Virus record (IMG/VR): IMGVR_UViG_3300008952_002242
Coordinates: 1 to 64,000 of that record
Direction: 5' to 3' (one strand)
DNA: 64,000 nt
Source of the DNA: an uncultured virus (IMG/VR IMGVR_UViG_3300008952_002242)
Lineage: Duplodnaviria; Heunggongvirae; Uroviricota; Caudoviricetes
The number at the start of each line of letters is the position of its first letter. The first letter of the stretch is position 1. Shown in pieces: positions 19,601 through 28,740 of this stretch. A program made the translations under genes and the position numbers. The notes beneath the pieces are model-generated. The model worked only from the letters and a program-made list of their open reading frames with translations. It made no database searches and was not told the origin of the DNA.

Positions 19601-20664
19601 CTAAATGTCTCAAACCCCTGCGCACCATCATCACCATATGTTATTGGCCCACCTCCAGTCGAATCATATATTGTCCTTTGGATTTCACCATCGAACCTTG
19701 TCATCTGAAAATTTTGCGTTGTCCAATCTCCCCAGTCCTGTGGTGGTGTCGGATTTACTGGCAAATCATATATCGACATAGGTGTATCCCCAGAAGTAAT
19801 TGTAAATCCAATTCCATAATCATCGTTCCATATTACTTCTGCTTGACCAGAAAGAGTTACAGTATTATAAGTTGCGGGTAAAACACCAAGACCATGTATA
19901 CCTGTAAATTGTGCAAAATCTTCCCACGATTTATTATGCAAAAATTGTTTTTGCGTTTGCATATAAGAATAACCAACGATATTATTACTAGGTGGATCCT
20001 TTAATGGTATAGTTAAATCTGATGGACCATGTACCTGTACATAAAATCTTGAAAATTCATTTCCTTCAATTAATCCTTCAAGTAAATAATTTTCAACATC
20101 GGTTGTCAACTGTAATATTGTATCAGCATTCGTTGAATTCAGCTCATCAATCATAAGCCTATTACTTGTACCATAAGTAAACTCATTAACATCTATTGTT
20201 CCTGTCCCATATATTGTAAGTGGTGTTTGGTCAAACACATTGTCCAGTTGCATAGAAGTAATATTTCGATTGATGGTAAGTTCATTACCACCATCATAAA
20301 GACTATTGGCGGCGATATCAACAACCGATCCTGATATATTTGTATCTGATCCACTTAATATGGTATCTGATGTTAGTGTTAATGTTATCCCAGAATACAT
20401 ATCGTTGTACCATTGTGTGCCTGGTCTCACCTGTGGAGTTCCGTTTGTAAAAATATCTAAATTAGTACTGTTGTCTGTATCCACAATTAAAATATTAGGA
20501 GCGCTATTTTCACCCCCCACTATAACATTACCATTGATTTCTATATCTATTGGTTCTTCATATGGAATTACAATAGATGTAGATACCTCAGCCACACCAA
20601 CAGTTTGAAAATTCCATTCTGTTATGTTGTGTAAATTTTTGTTATCTATCGTTATATTTGACAT
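16645..20664 (-). CDS. large acidic virion surface/adhesin-like protein
   Basis: 1339 aa, D/E/N/T/W/G-rich; internal Trp-rich duplication; C-terminal YNFMGW...VTFKAMY bacterial-repeat-like domain. Confidence 0.5.
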   Translation of the reverse strand: MSNITIDNKNLHNITEWNFQTVGVAEVSTSIVIPYEEPIDIEINGNVIVGGENSAPNILIVDTDNSTNLDIFTNGTPQVRPGTQWYNDMYSGITLTLTSDTILSGSDTNISGSVVDIAANSLYDGGNELTINRNITSMQLDNVFDQTPLTIYGTGTIDVNEFTYGTSNRLMIDELNSTNADTILQLTTDVENYLLEGLIEGNEFSRFYVQVHGPSDLTIPLKDPPSNNIVGYSYMQTQKQFLHNKSWEDFAQFTGIHGLGVLPATYNTVTLSGQAEVIWNDDYGIGFTITSGDTPMSIYDLPVNPTPPQDWGDWTTQNFQMTRFDGEIQRTIYDSTGGGPITYGDDGAQGFETFSVVGDSSSGEPFTELFPLVIPYDGAGGVFKVTTEHLNMPDNPSVTGEYGNNAPVGDLPENPSWEEPTQFVDNNGNTWQYAWLTNGAAGYDVPEGEEWNLTTPPVFGWMWVTGTTPPGTYPSAGPWDPEYFTDSGGNLWGYQWLTNGQYYGGGVNPNNMTTPPMYGWVWISGPGAEIVRRAWFSPFADSDNNSENNSWWDYVLGSTYHIEIPIPTSIQNAFQLESPQIFDGVVNEWPVQPPDTTNPYWFELELTTEQLSTWESPFNGFGDSENITQVGYRISDYSPATYSIGYTQDIITETVESVERLDLTYYSENIVSTSFHEVFDEDIQFNFTTTKPEVQQVLDYYDIVRQPWQGRDYLFSTTNPNITTPVIYDNRFPLGTYIENNRDFWEKQTFDEITYTSQMSDENLQLADSLITSSEAYPSVYGDDVDFIIPSVQSFSVDALAFKVKDDKSYPLCFYYDKDLQREEYEATTEGKVSLKLVKREPGRPTNTYFNPHIDRPVFDSDPQSDGENPYYPPTELFNVGAKDTTSDPRIIGQPVWAASSLSPTDALPYIYRTDLWSGAEGRLYYAWLATDPEEYTNDEELLYHWKFIGEGWLVPTAYEVMSDPTQNVSGNVGVENADSIPLTGHGAIFPHNSTAKVTVSFSGRQQYEVFDRLYVNGGSYNNINISVSSMFSDEWVDEHKWNVHPQVMLSIDWQDHVHDSTDPTIEIPITQNNWVETAAYSRFKIFNITGDTTFIGHWLYMGGDDYDQEEEGAALTVDYTANPPGWGFPSGPDYVGSVDDTDELGEPVTSWTFNVFGSPQPGGDFQLNQWVVGSGTTAQNVNFPNGNTSTDVVVEANSTGHINLVANYVEVEPTVYFNINVTCDGQWITDPDPDEWWDYGYYSVIYEGSTYHPGLITFPPSQYHINFDGVAEGNSLTLSTTPRRVLGSDPIEWYNFMGWNVVSGAGNFDDSLFESNMQTTIIQNVTGDVTFKAMYGLQ

Positions 20665-20672
20665 CTTTATTC

Positions 20673-21044
20673 TTATCTGTTATCAGCAGTTTCTGTAGTT
20701 TCTCCTTTAAAGGATATTTTCTTTTTTTTATTTTTACCATCACCTGTTTCTTCTTCGGTTTCTTCTTCGGTCTCTTCTTCGGTTTCCGTTTCACTTTGTT
20801 CTATTATTACAGTTTGAGTTATTGTATCAGACCCCCATTCATTCGAAACTGTTAATGTGACTTGATATTCACCAGCAACATTATAGGTATGTGATGGATT
20901 TTGTTCTACTGATGTTGTTCCATCTCCAAAATCCCATAACCATTCTGTAGCTCCAGTCGATGTATCAGTAAAATCAATTGTTTCTGATACTTCTGGTTCA
21001 GCAAAGTCTGGTGGTGTATATTCTGTATTTCCTGTAGTACCCAT
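20673..21044 (-). CDS. PKD-domain protein
   Basis: FTDTSTGATEWLWDFGDGTTSVEQNPSHTYNVAGEYQVTLTVSN is a canonical PKD domain; acidic EETE tail. Confidence 0.9.
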   Translation of the reverse strand: MGTTGNTEYTPPDFAEPEVSETIDFTDTSTGATEWLWDFGDGTTSVEQNPSHTYNVAGEYQVTLTVSNEWGSDTITQTVIIEQSETETEEETEEETEEETGDGKNKKKKISFKGETTETADNR

Positions 21045-21053
21045 AATAATTCC

Positions 21054-24000
21054 TTATTCAAAAAAGTCAGTATCGTCTATTGCTTGCATTGTATAATTAA
21101 AAGAAGCGACTGGTGGACCATCACCAGCATAATCGTAATAGTCGGTAGTGTCCGCTTGATCTTGATCCATAGGGGCTTGGATTTCTTCAACTTTAAAACC
21201 CCTAGCTGTTAATAAATCTCTTCTGCTTATTACTTCTACTTTACAACGATAAGATCCATCAGATGAATAATTTTGCCAATCGGATTTTTCATCAACAGTT
21301 GGATCATAAGTTGCACATATAAAGAACCACTCATCTAAATTATCAGTTGGTATTCTTGTATAGTTAAAAGCAAATTCAGCCATTGCCCCACCTTGTCCTT
21401 GATCTCCATATTCGTCTATTGGGAAATAAACAGGTAATGAAGTTTTTCTTATATTACCATCAGCCAAATCTCCTATACCACTACCAACATGCCCTTGCAC
21501 TCCTTCATTTGGTTCATACCATCCTGGATCCCATAATCTTTGTCTACCTTTTCTCAATGTACCGAAGTGGCTATCATAAAGTTTTCCAAAAGAACCATCA
21601 TCGTTTGCTAAAGCTGGGCTTCCGTTTAAATTTGACACCGTATTATAAGGGGTTGTATCTGTATGATCCCACACCACAAGCCTCACAAACCTTTCATAAT
21701 CGCTATAATAAAATGGAGTCTCAATCATATCCCCATTTTCATTTACATGACCGACTGGCCACTGCCATGACCAGTTATCTACAGAATTGGGTGTTATCCA
21801 TTGTGATGTACCCACATTATTTGGATAATCAGGATACCTATCCTTTTGACTTACAGTAAATGTTTCTAATCTAAATCCGTATCTATTCTCTACATCTGCT
21901 TTATATGGATTCCCAAAACTAAATAGTGTACCAAGTCCAGTTCTCCCAACAAACCTAACCCACATCGTTATAGTGAACCCATCTGTTAAATATGAATCGT
22001 CTTTTTGAAAATCTAACTCCCCACCATCAGGATTTCTTATAATGATTGCTTGATTTGGTTTTCTTAATTTTAAAAATCCCTCAGCTCTATTTTGATATTC
22101 AGGTCTATCATCTTCTACTTCTTCAACAACATTATCAACATCCTTTAGATATGTATTTAAAGTATTGCGTAATCCTTGTATTGTTTTATTTGTATTTGCT
22201 AGATTCGTTTGAGTATCAAGTCTTGTTATTGGAGCAGATGAACTTTCATTTTCACTTATTCTCGAACCAGAATCTTCAGCTAATTGTTCTTCTGTGATAT
22301 TACCATCTCCATCAAATCCAGGAACATTCCCAAGCATATCACTTGAATTCAATTGAGAAAAAAGTTCATCAACCTCAGTTTGTCTTGTTCTTTGATAAGG
22401 TAAAAGTTCATAAATAGTAGTATCTAATGTTTCGTATGCTTTAGTTTTATCTATAGTTTTTCCAAAATCTTCTATCCAATCTATGTTTGGTATATTTGGT
22501 ACATTTATCCAATTCCACATATTCGTTACTTCTTGTGCTTTTGCATACACTTTTGGATCACCGTCACCATATTGAACTTTATATATTTTATGCGCATATT
22601 CTGATTCATCAGTAAAATAAGTTATATCGAAATTTTCTATTTGGTTTTGAATATAACTCATATTTGTGCTATTAGCCCATATATCTTCACCATCGGCATA
22701 TATCTGAGTTACTATATCTTCAATTTCATCATCAGTTTGACCTAAAACATTTCCATCTTTTTTAGTATAAATCAAAATATCATCGGCATTTCTTCCAACA
22801 GTCATTGCACCATCTCTTATTGTTTGTTGGAAACTCATTATATTGTGTGGTCCTAAATCAGAAGTAATTACAGCCGAATACATCCCCTCATAAACTTTTT
22901 CTCTAATCATTCTTTTAATAGTTTTTTCATCAGGTATTATTGCCGCACCATCACTTCCAGTTGGGAAATATTCTACTTCTTCATCATCAATAAATTCTGG
23001 TTCTATTGAAATTATTGGTGTTTCAAATGTTGCTGTTTGATTTACTAATATATCTAGATAATTGGTTGAAGAGTCATTATAAATTTTATTAAAATTAACT
23101 ATAATTTCAAATTGCGCATCTCCACCAATAAAACCATCCGAATCTCTATCAATTTTAATTACACTATTACCTTCGAAAGTCGATACTATCCGATATGGTA
23201 CAGCCAATTCTCCTTTTATTTGATTTATTTGTATATCAAAACTATCATGGTTATCACTATAGGTTATTGTCTCATTAATTTGCCAGTCTCCAGATGGATT
23301 TAAACCAATTATATGTACTTGAATACCAAACTCATAATGAGTCAGAGAAGGGGTGGGATACCACCAAACTGGTAATTGTACAGTACCGTCTGTAGCCAAT
23401 GGATCATAAAGAGTTATATCTACTTCAAAACCTTCTACCATATTTGGCGGATCGATGTCGTCTGTTTCCGAATCCCTAGAACCAGTTGGTTGTGTATCTA
23501 TAGAACCAGTATCTTCAGTAAATTTATTTTTATATTTTTTCCATTTTTCCTCATCTTCTTTTCTTACTTTTAAATCTCTATACTTTGGATCAGAATAAGT
23601 TGTCTTTGAATCTCCTGTTAGGAAATCCTCAACAGTATCCGTTCTTTTTGGATCTCCCCATGAAGAACACCAATATTGATGTCTTGCATCAACTCTATAT
23701 TTACTACAATATCCAGCAACTTCATTAAAAAATTGACAACCATGACATTGTTGTTTCTGAGTATGTTCGCCACCTCTCTGATATGTGTCGGTTAATGGTG
23801 GGATAGGTATTGTTGACCCATCCTTATAATATAATAAATTATCATTTTGATGTTGAAAAACTCCAGGCCTTATTTCTATCGGCCTACCATCATCAGTATA
23901 ATCAAGGGTTTGTGTATCGGTTTGTGTATCCGCAACATTAGCAACTCTTGTTGGATCAAATTGAGTAGCTGTATATTTATTTATTGTTTCTTGTGATTTT

Positions 24001-24326
24001 GAACCATAAGAAAATACTTCCTTTTCACCATGATTAACTATATCGGTTATATATGTATTTAAAACAAGTTGTCCAGTATCACTATTCTGTATTTGTATTT
24101 CTGATCTATCTGAATATGGTGGTGGATTATCTGGAAGGGTGAATGAATTATCAACTAAAACTAGTTTAGTTCCATCATTTCTAACAGTAGCATATCCTTT
24201 AAATGGGCCCCCATTTTGTTTTTGTGCTATATAATCATAAGAAACATCTTCTTGTAAATCACTAGTATTTTGTAACTCAATGTTTATAGTACCATATGTA
24301 TTTTTGGAACCAGAATTATAAGACAT
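21054..24326 (-). CDS. virion protein with HiPIP-like Cys motif and C-terminal LamG-like domain
   Basis: CHGC-x9-C-x11-WCSSW; GFTITMWVRF...EWFFICATYD. Confidence 0.55.
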   Translation of the reverse strand: MSYNSGSKNTYGTINIELQNTSDLQEDVSYDYIAQKQNGGPFKGYATVRNDGTKLVLVDNSFTLPDNPPPYSDRSEIQIQNSDTGQLVLNTYITDIVNHGEKEVFSYGSKSQETINKYTATQFDPTRVANVADTQTDTQTLDYTDDGRPIEIRPGVFQHQNDNLLYYKDGSTIPIPPLTDTYQRGGEHTQKQQCHGCQFFNEVAGYCSKYRVDARHQYWCSSWGDPKRTDTVEDFLTGDSKTTYSDPKYRDLKVRKEDEEKWKKYKNKFTEDTGSIDTQPTGSRDSETDDIDPPNMVEGFEVDITLYDPLATDGTVQLPVWWYPTPSLTHYEFGIQVHIIGLNPSGDWQINETITYSDNHDSFDIQINQIKGELAVPYRIVSTFEGNSVIKIDRDSDGFIGGDAQFEIIVNFNKIYNDSSTNYLDILVNQTATFETPIISIEPEFIDDEEVEYFPTGSDGAAIIPDEKTIKRMIREKVYEGMYSAVITSDLGPHNIMSFQQTIRDGAMTVGRNADDILIYTKKDGNVLGQTDDEIEDIVTQIYADGEDIWANSTNMSYIQNQIENFDITYFTDESEYAHKIYKVQYGDGDPKVYAKAQEVTNMWNWINVPNIPNIDWIEDFGKTIDKTKAYETLDTTIYELLPYQRTRQTEVDELFSQLNSSDMLGNVPGFDGDGNITEEQLAEDSGSRISENESSSAPITRLDTQTNLANTNKTIQGLRNTLNTYLKDVDNVVEEVEDDRPEYQNRAEGFLKLRKPNQAIIIRNPDGGELDFQKDDSYLTDGFTITMWVRFVGRTGLGTLFSFGNPYKADVENRYGFRLETFTVSQKDRYPDYPNNVGTSQWITPNSVDNWSWQWPVGHVNENGDMIETPFYYSDYERFVRLVVWDHTDTTPYNTVSNLNGSPALANDDGSFGKLYDSHFGTLRKGRQRLWDPGWYEPNEGVQGHVGSGIGDLADGNIRKTSLPVYFPIDEYGDQGQGGAMAEFAFNYTRIPTDNLDEWFFICATYDPTVDEKSDWQNYSSDGSYRCKVEVISRRDLLTARGFKVEEIQAPMDQDQADTTDYYDYAGDGPPVASFNYTMQAIDDTDFFE

Positions 24327-24327
24327 A

Positions 24328-25446
24328 TTAACTCCTTATAATAAATTCAAAGCCATCATCAAATATAATTTCTTGATTATCATCATGTGATAGTTTAATT
24401 AATATTTTATAAGACCTATTTGGTTCATATGAATTTAAATCTTGTTTAAAATAACTTGATACAGTATCACAACTCATTGATGTAAATGGACTAAATGGAA
24501 CAACCGATTCATTTGTTGCCATATCAATAATAGAATATGAACCTGAACCTTCTGGAATAAAACTACCACTTATGGATTGTATAGATGTACTAAATGTTTT
24601 ATCTATATATCGTTTGCGAGCACCAAACCTAAACTTAACTGTTTCTGTTTCTTTATAAGCTTCTCTAGAATGTAATGGATACAAATAATTCTCCACATTA
24701 CCACTAATATCTAAAGCAATCAAACTACCTGTATTATCCCCCGTTGCTGGTAAATGATCATCCCATTTGATTTCTAACTTTGGTGAATAAATTGTATTAG
24801 TTTGTCTTGAAAAGAATTTTAAATCTTCGAAACTACCAGTTGCATTTTCATAAGTCTTATTTGGTTCTAAAGTACTTCCTGAAAGCATAAGCAATAATCC
24901 GTAATTTGGATTTGTACTATCTAACCAATCCTTTACAATCGATGTGACATTCATATTAATATCAGGAGACTCAGATGAAAAAGATTGGGATACTACATCA
25001 CCAACAATATGTGTTCCACCAGCATTTGTCCAAGCTATCTCGTTAGCCCCAGGTTTGTTTTGTCTATACTCCCAACTAACACCTTCAGTAGTTTTTGGGG
25101 TATCTACTTCCTTACCAACACCCTCATCCCACTCTTGACTTAATGGATAAGCAGCAACATTATATGTTTCCGACAAACCACTCGTGCCAGTGGTTTCATA
25201 AAGTCTAATAGATGCACTATATTGATTTGATGCAATATTATTTTCTGTTAAAAAAGATTGAACTTCATTTGTATCAAATTGTATTAATGCTCTTGTTGGA
25301 TATTTGAATGTTCTATTGGAAAAAACTTTTTTAATTTCTAATACTTCATCCTGTCCTGTATTCTTATCTTTAAAGGTTTCGCCAGTGATTAAATGTGAAC
25401 CACTATTAATAGTTGCGTCTTTTGTAGCAAAGAAAAATTTATGCAT
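24328..25446 (-). CDS. structural protein with DNRLRE/CBM96-like domain
   Basis: ATKDATI...RALIQFD...NVTSIVKDWL...NYGLLL...FFSRQ...PKLEIKW. Confidence 0.6.
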   Translation of the reverse strand: MHKFFFATKDATINSGSHLITGETFKDKNTGQDEVLEIKKVFSNRTFKYPTRALIQFDTNEVQSFLTENNIASNQYSASIRLYETTGTSGLSETYNVAAYPLSQEWDEGVGKEVDTPKTTEGVSWEYRQNKPGANEIAWTNAGGTHIVGDVVSQSFSSESPDINMNVTSIVKDWLDSTNPNYGLLLMLSGSTLEPNKTYENATGSFEDLKFFSRQTNTIYSPKLEIKWDDHLPATGDNTGSLIALDISGNVENYLYPLHSREAYKETETVKFRFGARKRYIDKTFSTSIQSISGSFIPEGSGSYSIIDMATNESVVPFSPFTSMSCDTVSSYFKQDLNSYEPNRSYKILIKLSHDDNQEIIFDDGFEFIIRS

Positions 25447-25447
25447 G

Positions 25448-27373
25448 TTATCTCACCCTACCCTTAATATCCGTATTTGGGTTTCTTATTTCAAATACAG
25501 CTGGTGTTACAGATGGTCTTAATATATTATTGGCTGAAACAGCCTCATCAGTTGTATCATTTTGATCATCCGCAAATGGATATAAAAAACCATATCCATC
25601 AACAGCGTCCGGTGTTGGTTCACCATTTTGATCCAAACCATATAATTTCGTTCCATCATCAAATGTTTGCACTAATTTTAATTCAGCTATTCCAATAACA
25701 CCATCTAATCCAATTATATTATATTCCAAATCATTTAAATTAATCGATTGTTTAAATTGCATTTTATCAATTCTAAAATAGTTTTTTATTACATCTATTA
25801 CTTCTAATTTAACTTCTCTTGGATCAAATCGTCTATCATAATTAACATCAAATTGTACTCCAAAATTTATCCAATGACCAGAATAATTTCCTCCAGCCAA
25901 TCCAATCCCAAAATCTAAATTATCATTTATCATTCTGAATTGTTCAAGATAATTTTGTAGATTTTGAAAAACTACCAATGGTGTTTTTACTAATTGTTTA
26001 TTTTTATTATATGATAAAGTTCTTACCACCAATGATTGTCCACCATCCCCACGCTCAACATAACATTTAGCAATATTTCCAAATTTCGCAGGTAATGTCA
26101 TAATTCTTGCCTGATAATCTTCTTTGGTAACACATCGTAATTGAGATGCAAATAAAGCTTTAGCATTTTCTTTTATCTCATCTACTGTTAATCCATCTGT
26201 CCCACCCACCGCAGGAAAATCATTTGTTACTATAACACCAGCACTATCATCAACAACTTCGGTTATTTCACCAAACTGTACATTAGCACTTGGTCCACCC
26301 CCAACTCTATATGTTACAGTCAACATAGTATTAGCTGGACTTTCACCAAGATTAATTGTATTATTCTTTATTAAATTACTAATACCAGCATTAATAGTCG
26401 TCATAGGAACACCAGCCACATTTATTCCTTGTTGTTGAATTATAGAATCAAATGATGCGCCTGAACCAGAAACATTATATTTATACAACCCATTTCCAAA
26501 TTGTAATTTAGTAGTGTTAGTATCTACATCAATTTTTTTAACAAATTTTTTATTTGTTTTTATATACTCTAATGTAAATGGTACTGCAACATCAACTTCT
26601 AAGTTAGGTGTTGGTAGATCTTGATTTGCATTTTTACTATAATGTGTTTCTTTTAATATTTTATCTTGTGCTAAATAATCCACCTCATACCATTTTTGTC
26701 CTGAACTATCCGTCATGTCTAAAATTTCAATTACATTAGTTTCACTCAACTCTAATTCTAAAAATTTAGTAGGATTAGTTATACTAAAAGTTTTTGTTTT
26801 TGTTTTTCCAGAAACAGCATTAACAGTATGCGTTATTTTATATTTTGTTGCTATACCATTCCCATCTTCTGCTGATTGTTCAATTATTGGTTGTGGGTAA
26901 GATCCTGTATTTTGAAAATCTACATAATCTAATGTTTCAAATACTAATTCACTATCTACATTTGATTTTATTTGAAATCCTGGTTCTAATAATGTAGTAG
27001 TTTTTATTGGTTTAGTTGTATCACCCGCATCCGCATTAACTTCTTTTGTTATTTTTAATTCAACAGTAGATGGTGTTACTGTATTATGTTTGTATCCTAA
27101 AAATTCTGCTAAATTTAAAACATTTCGTTTTTCTGTAGCAGTTGCTAATAAATTTTCTTTATAATTGTAATCAATATAATAACTCAATACATCACCAACA
27201 TAACTTGTCAATTCAATCAACATCATACCAGGAGATGTTTCATTAAAATCTCTATAAGTATTTGGAAAATAAGCTTTAGTATAATTTATCAGATCATCCT
27301 TAATAGATGTAAAATCTTTAGAAGTATATTTGATATTAGATGGTTGAAAGTTGTTATCTTGTGTGTACGGCAT
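25448..27373 (-). CDS. baseplate wedge subunit (T4 gp6/BaseplateJ-like)
   Basis: YTSKDFTSIKDDLINY...DFNETSPGMMLIELTSYVGDVLSYYID; YRVGGG; AVGGTD...RCVTKEDY. Confidence 0.88.
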   Translation of the reverse strand: MPYTQDNNFQPSNIKYTSKDFTSIKDDLINYTKAYFPNTYRDFNETSPGMMLIELTSYVGDVLSYYIDYNYKENLLATATEKRNVLNLAEFLGYKHNTVTPSTVELKITKEVNADAGDTTKPIKTTTLLEPGFQIKSNVDSELVFETLDYVDFQNTGSYPQPIIEQSAEDGNGIATKYKITHTVNAVSGKTKTKTFSITNPTKFLELELSETNVIEILDMTDSSGQKWYEVDYLAQDKILKETHYSKNANQDLPTPNLEVDVAVPFTLEYIKTNKKFVKKIDVDTNTTKLQFGNGLYKYNVSGSGASFDSIIQQQGINVAGVPMTTINAGISNLIKNNTINLGESPANTMLTVTYRVGGGPSANVQFGEITEVVDDSAGVIVTNDFPAVGGTDGLTVDEIKENAKALFASQLRCVTKEDYQARIMTLPAKFGNIAKCYVERGDGGQSLVVRTLSYNKNKQLVKTPLVVFQNLQNYLEQFRMINDNLDFGIGLAGGNYSGHWINFGVQFDVNYDRRFDPREVKLEVIDVIKNYFRIDKMQFKQSINLNDLEYNIIGLDGVIGIAELKLVQTFDDGTKLYGLDQNGEPTPDAVDGYGFLYPFADDQNDTTDEAVSANNILRPSVTPAVFEIRNPNTDIKGRVR

Positions 27374-27387
27374 AATTATTTCTCATT

Positions 27388-27924
27388 TTAATATTCAAAG
27401 TTGGAAGATGCTTCTGAGATAGAAAAGTCTCCTATCGGTCCTGTACTTCCTCCACTAAAAGAAACACCTCTTTCAGAATCAGCAATTCTGTTAAAAAACA
27501 AATCAACAGTTTCAAATTCAACACCAGCTGTTAAAGATGACGCTCTACTGATATCAAATACTAACTTTATATTTACTTGATTAACACTCGTAAATACCTG
27601 TATATCTTTTATATCAACAAAGGGCATCCACACTTCCATCATATCAACAATATTATTTTCAATTTGAATTTGTATATCTTCCGACATTGGTTCAAATAAA
27701 ATACTTTTAATATCCATCCCAAGATTTGGTTGAAAAACTCTTTCATATCGTTCTGTTTGTAATAATAATTTTATATTATTTTTAATTGAATCAATTGTAG
27801 TTTTAGTTGTTTTAAAATATCCATCTTGATTAGGAACATTAGCAAATGGAAAATCAATACCAACACTTAATCGCGTATCTTTATCTTCAATTAATTGATT
27901 TGTTCTTCTGTCAACTATCGCCAT
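27388..27924 (-). CDS. baseplate wedge subunit gp25/GPW-like
   Basis: GIDFPF...IKNNIKLLLQTERYERVFQPNLGMDIKSILFEP...WMPFV; adjacent to the gp6-like gene. Confidence 0.88.
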   Translation of the reverse strand: MAIVDRRTNQLIEDKDTRLSVGIDFPFANVPNQDGYFKTTKTTIDSIKNNIKLLLQTERYERVFQPNLGMDIKSILFEPMSEDIQIQIENNIVDMMEVWMPFVDIKDIQVFTSVNQVNIKLVFDISRASSLTAGVEFETVDLFFNRIADSERGVSFSGGSTGPIGDFSISEASSNFEY

Positions 27925-28301
27925 TATATTTGTCTCCCACGGCCTAATTTTTTACTTGGTTGAATTTCATCTGGTTGAACAAATTCTGCTTTAACTTTCG
28001 TTACATATGTATTTAATGGTTCTAATGGAGAAGCTGTCATACCTTTACCTTCTCTACTTAAACTAGCCATACCGGGACCAACAGCCGTCATTACTGGAGC
28101 ATTCATTTCTGTAATCACAAACTCTTGTCGAGCCACATACGCAGTAATTGCTTTGGATAATCCATAAGCAAGTTTATCAATTTTAGATTGAAATGGTTTC
28201 TTACCATTATCATCCTCAACATTAACATTTTCCTCACCTAAATTATCAACTAAGATGTCATACAAATCTGCCCTAAGGCTTGGTTTATTATTTATATTCA
28301 T
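27924..28301 (-). CDS. hypothetical protein (baseplate module)
   Basis: Translationally coupled ORF; LAYGLSKAITAYV...AVGPG. Confidence 0.6.
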   Translation of the reverse strand: MNINNKPSLRADLYDILVDNLGEENVNVEDDNGKKPFQSKIDKLAYGLSKAITAYVARQEFVITEMNAPVMTAVGPGMASLSREGKGMTASPLEPLNTYVTKVKAEFVQPDEIQPSKKLGRGRQI

Positions 28302-28308
28302 AAATCAC

Positions 28309-28731
28309 TTAAGATCCAGCAGGTGGTGGTATTTTATTTAATGATTTCTTATCTGCAGCTTCTAACATTTTAGAATAATCTTTATTAAATGCTTCAGATA
28401 GATGATCTGGAAGTTCTTTATTTTCTTTTACAGATGGTTCTGGTTCATCATTCATAGACTTCCATTCTTCACCTTTAGCAGTTTCTTCTAACAAACCATT
28501 GATAATTTGATTTTTAGTCAATGGACGAGTATCTTTTTTTCCAGATTGATTAGTATCCAATTTCTTTTGTAACCTCGAATATACATCGTCTTTAGGCGCC
28601 TCTTCATATATCTTGGTTACCTTGTTCTTAACTATAGTTTCTTGTATGTTTTTTTCAAGTCGACCCATAGCATAATCTAACTCTTCTCTTACTACTTCTC
28701 TGATCAATTTCTTGAATATATTAACCTTCAT
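28309..28731 (-). CDS. hypothetical protein
   Basis: ORF within the operon; FKKLIREVVREE N-terminus. Confidence 0.65.
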   Translation of the reverse strand: MKVNIFKKLIREVVREELDYAMGRLEKNIQETIVKNKVTKIYEEAPKDDVYSRLQKKLDTNQSGKKDTRPLTKNQIINGLLEETAKGEEWKSMNDEPEPSVKENKELPDHLSEAFNKDYSKMLEAADKKSLNKIPPPAGS

Positions 28732-28740
28732 TTTTAACTC

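Noticed and set aside
20745..20790. 12-bp tandem repeat (EETE x3-4) as a contingency locus
   Set aside because: In-frame, with synonymous differences between units; a simple acidic linker.
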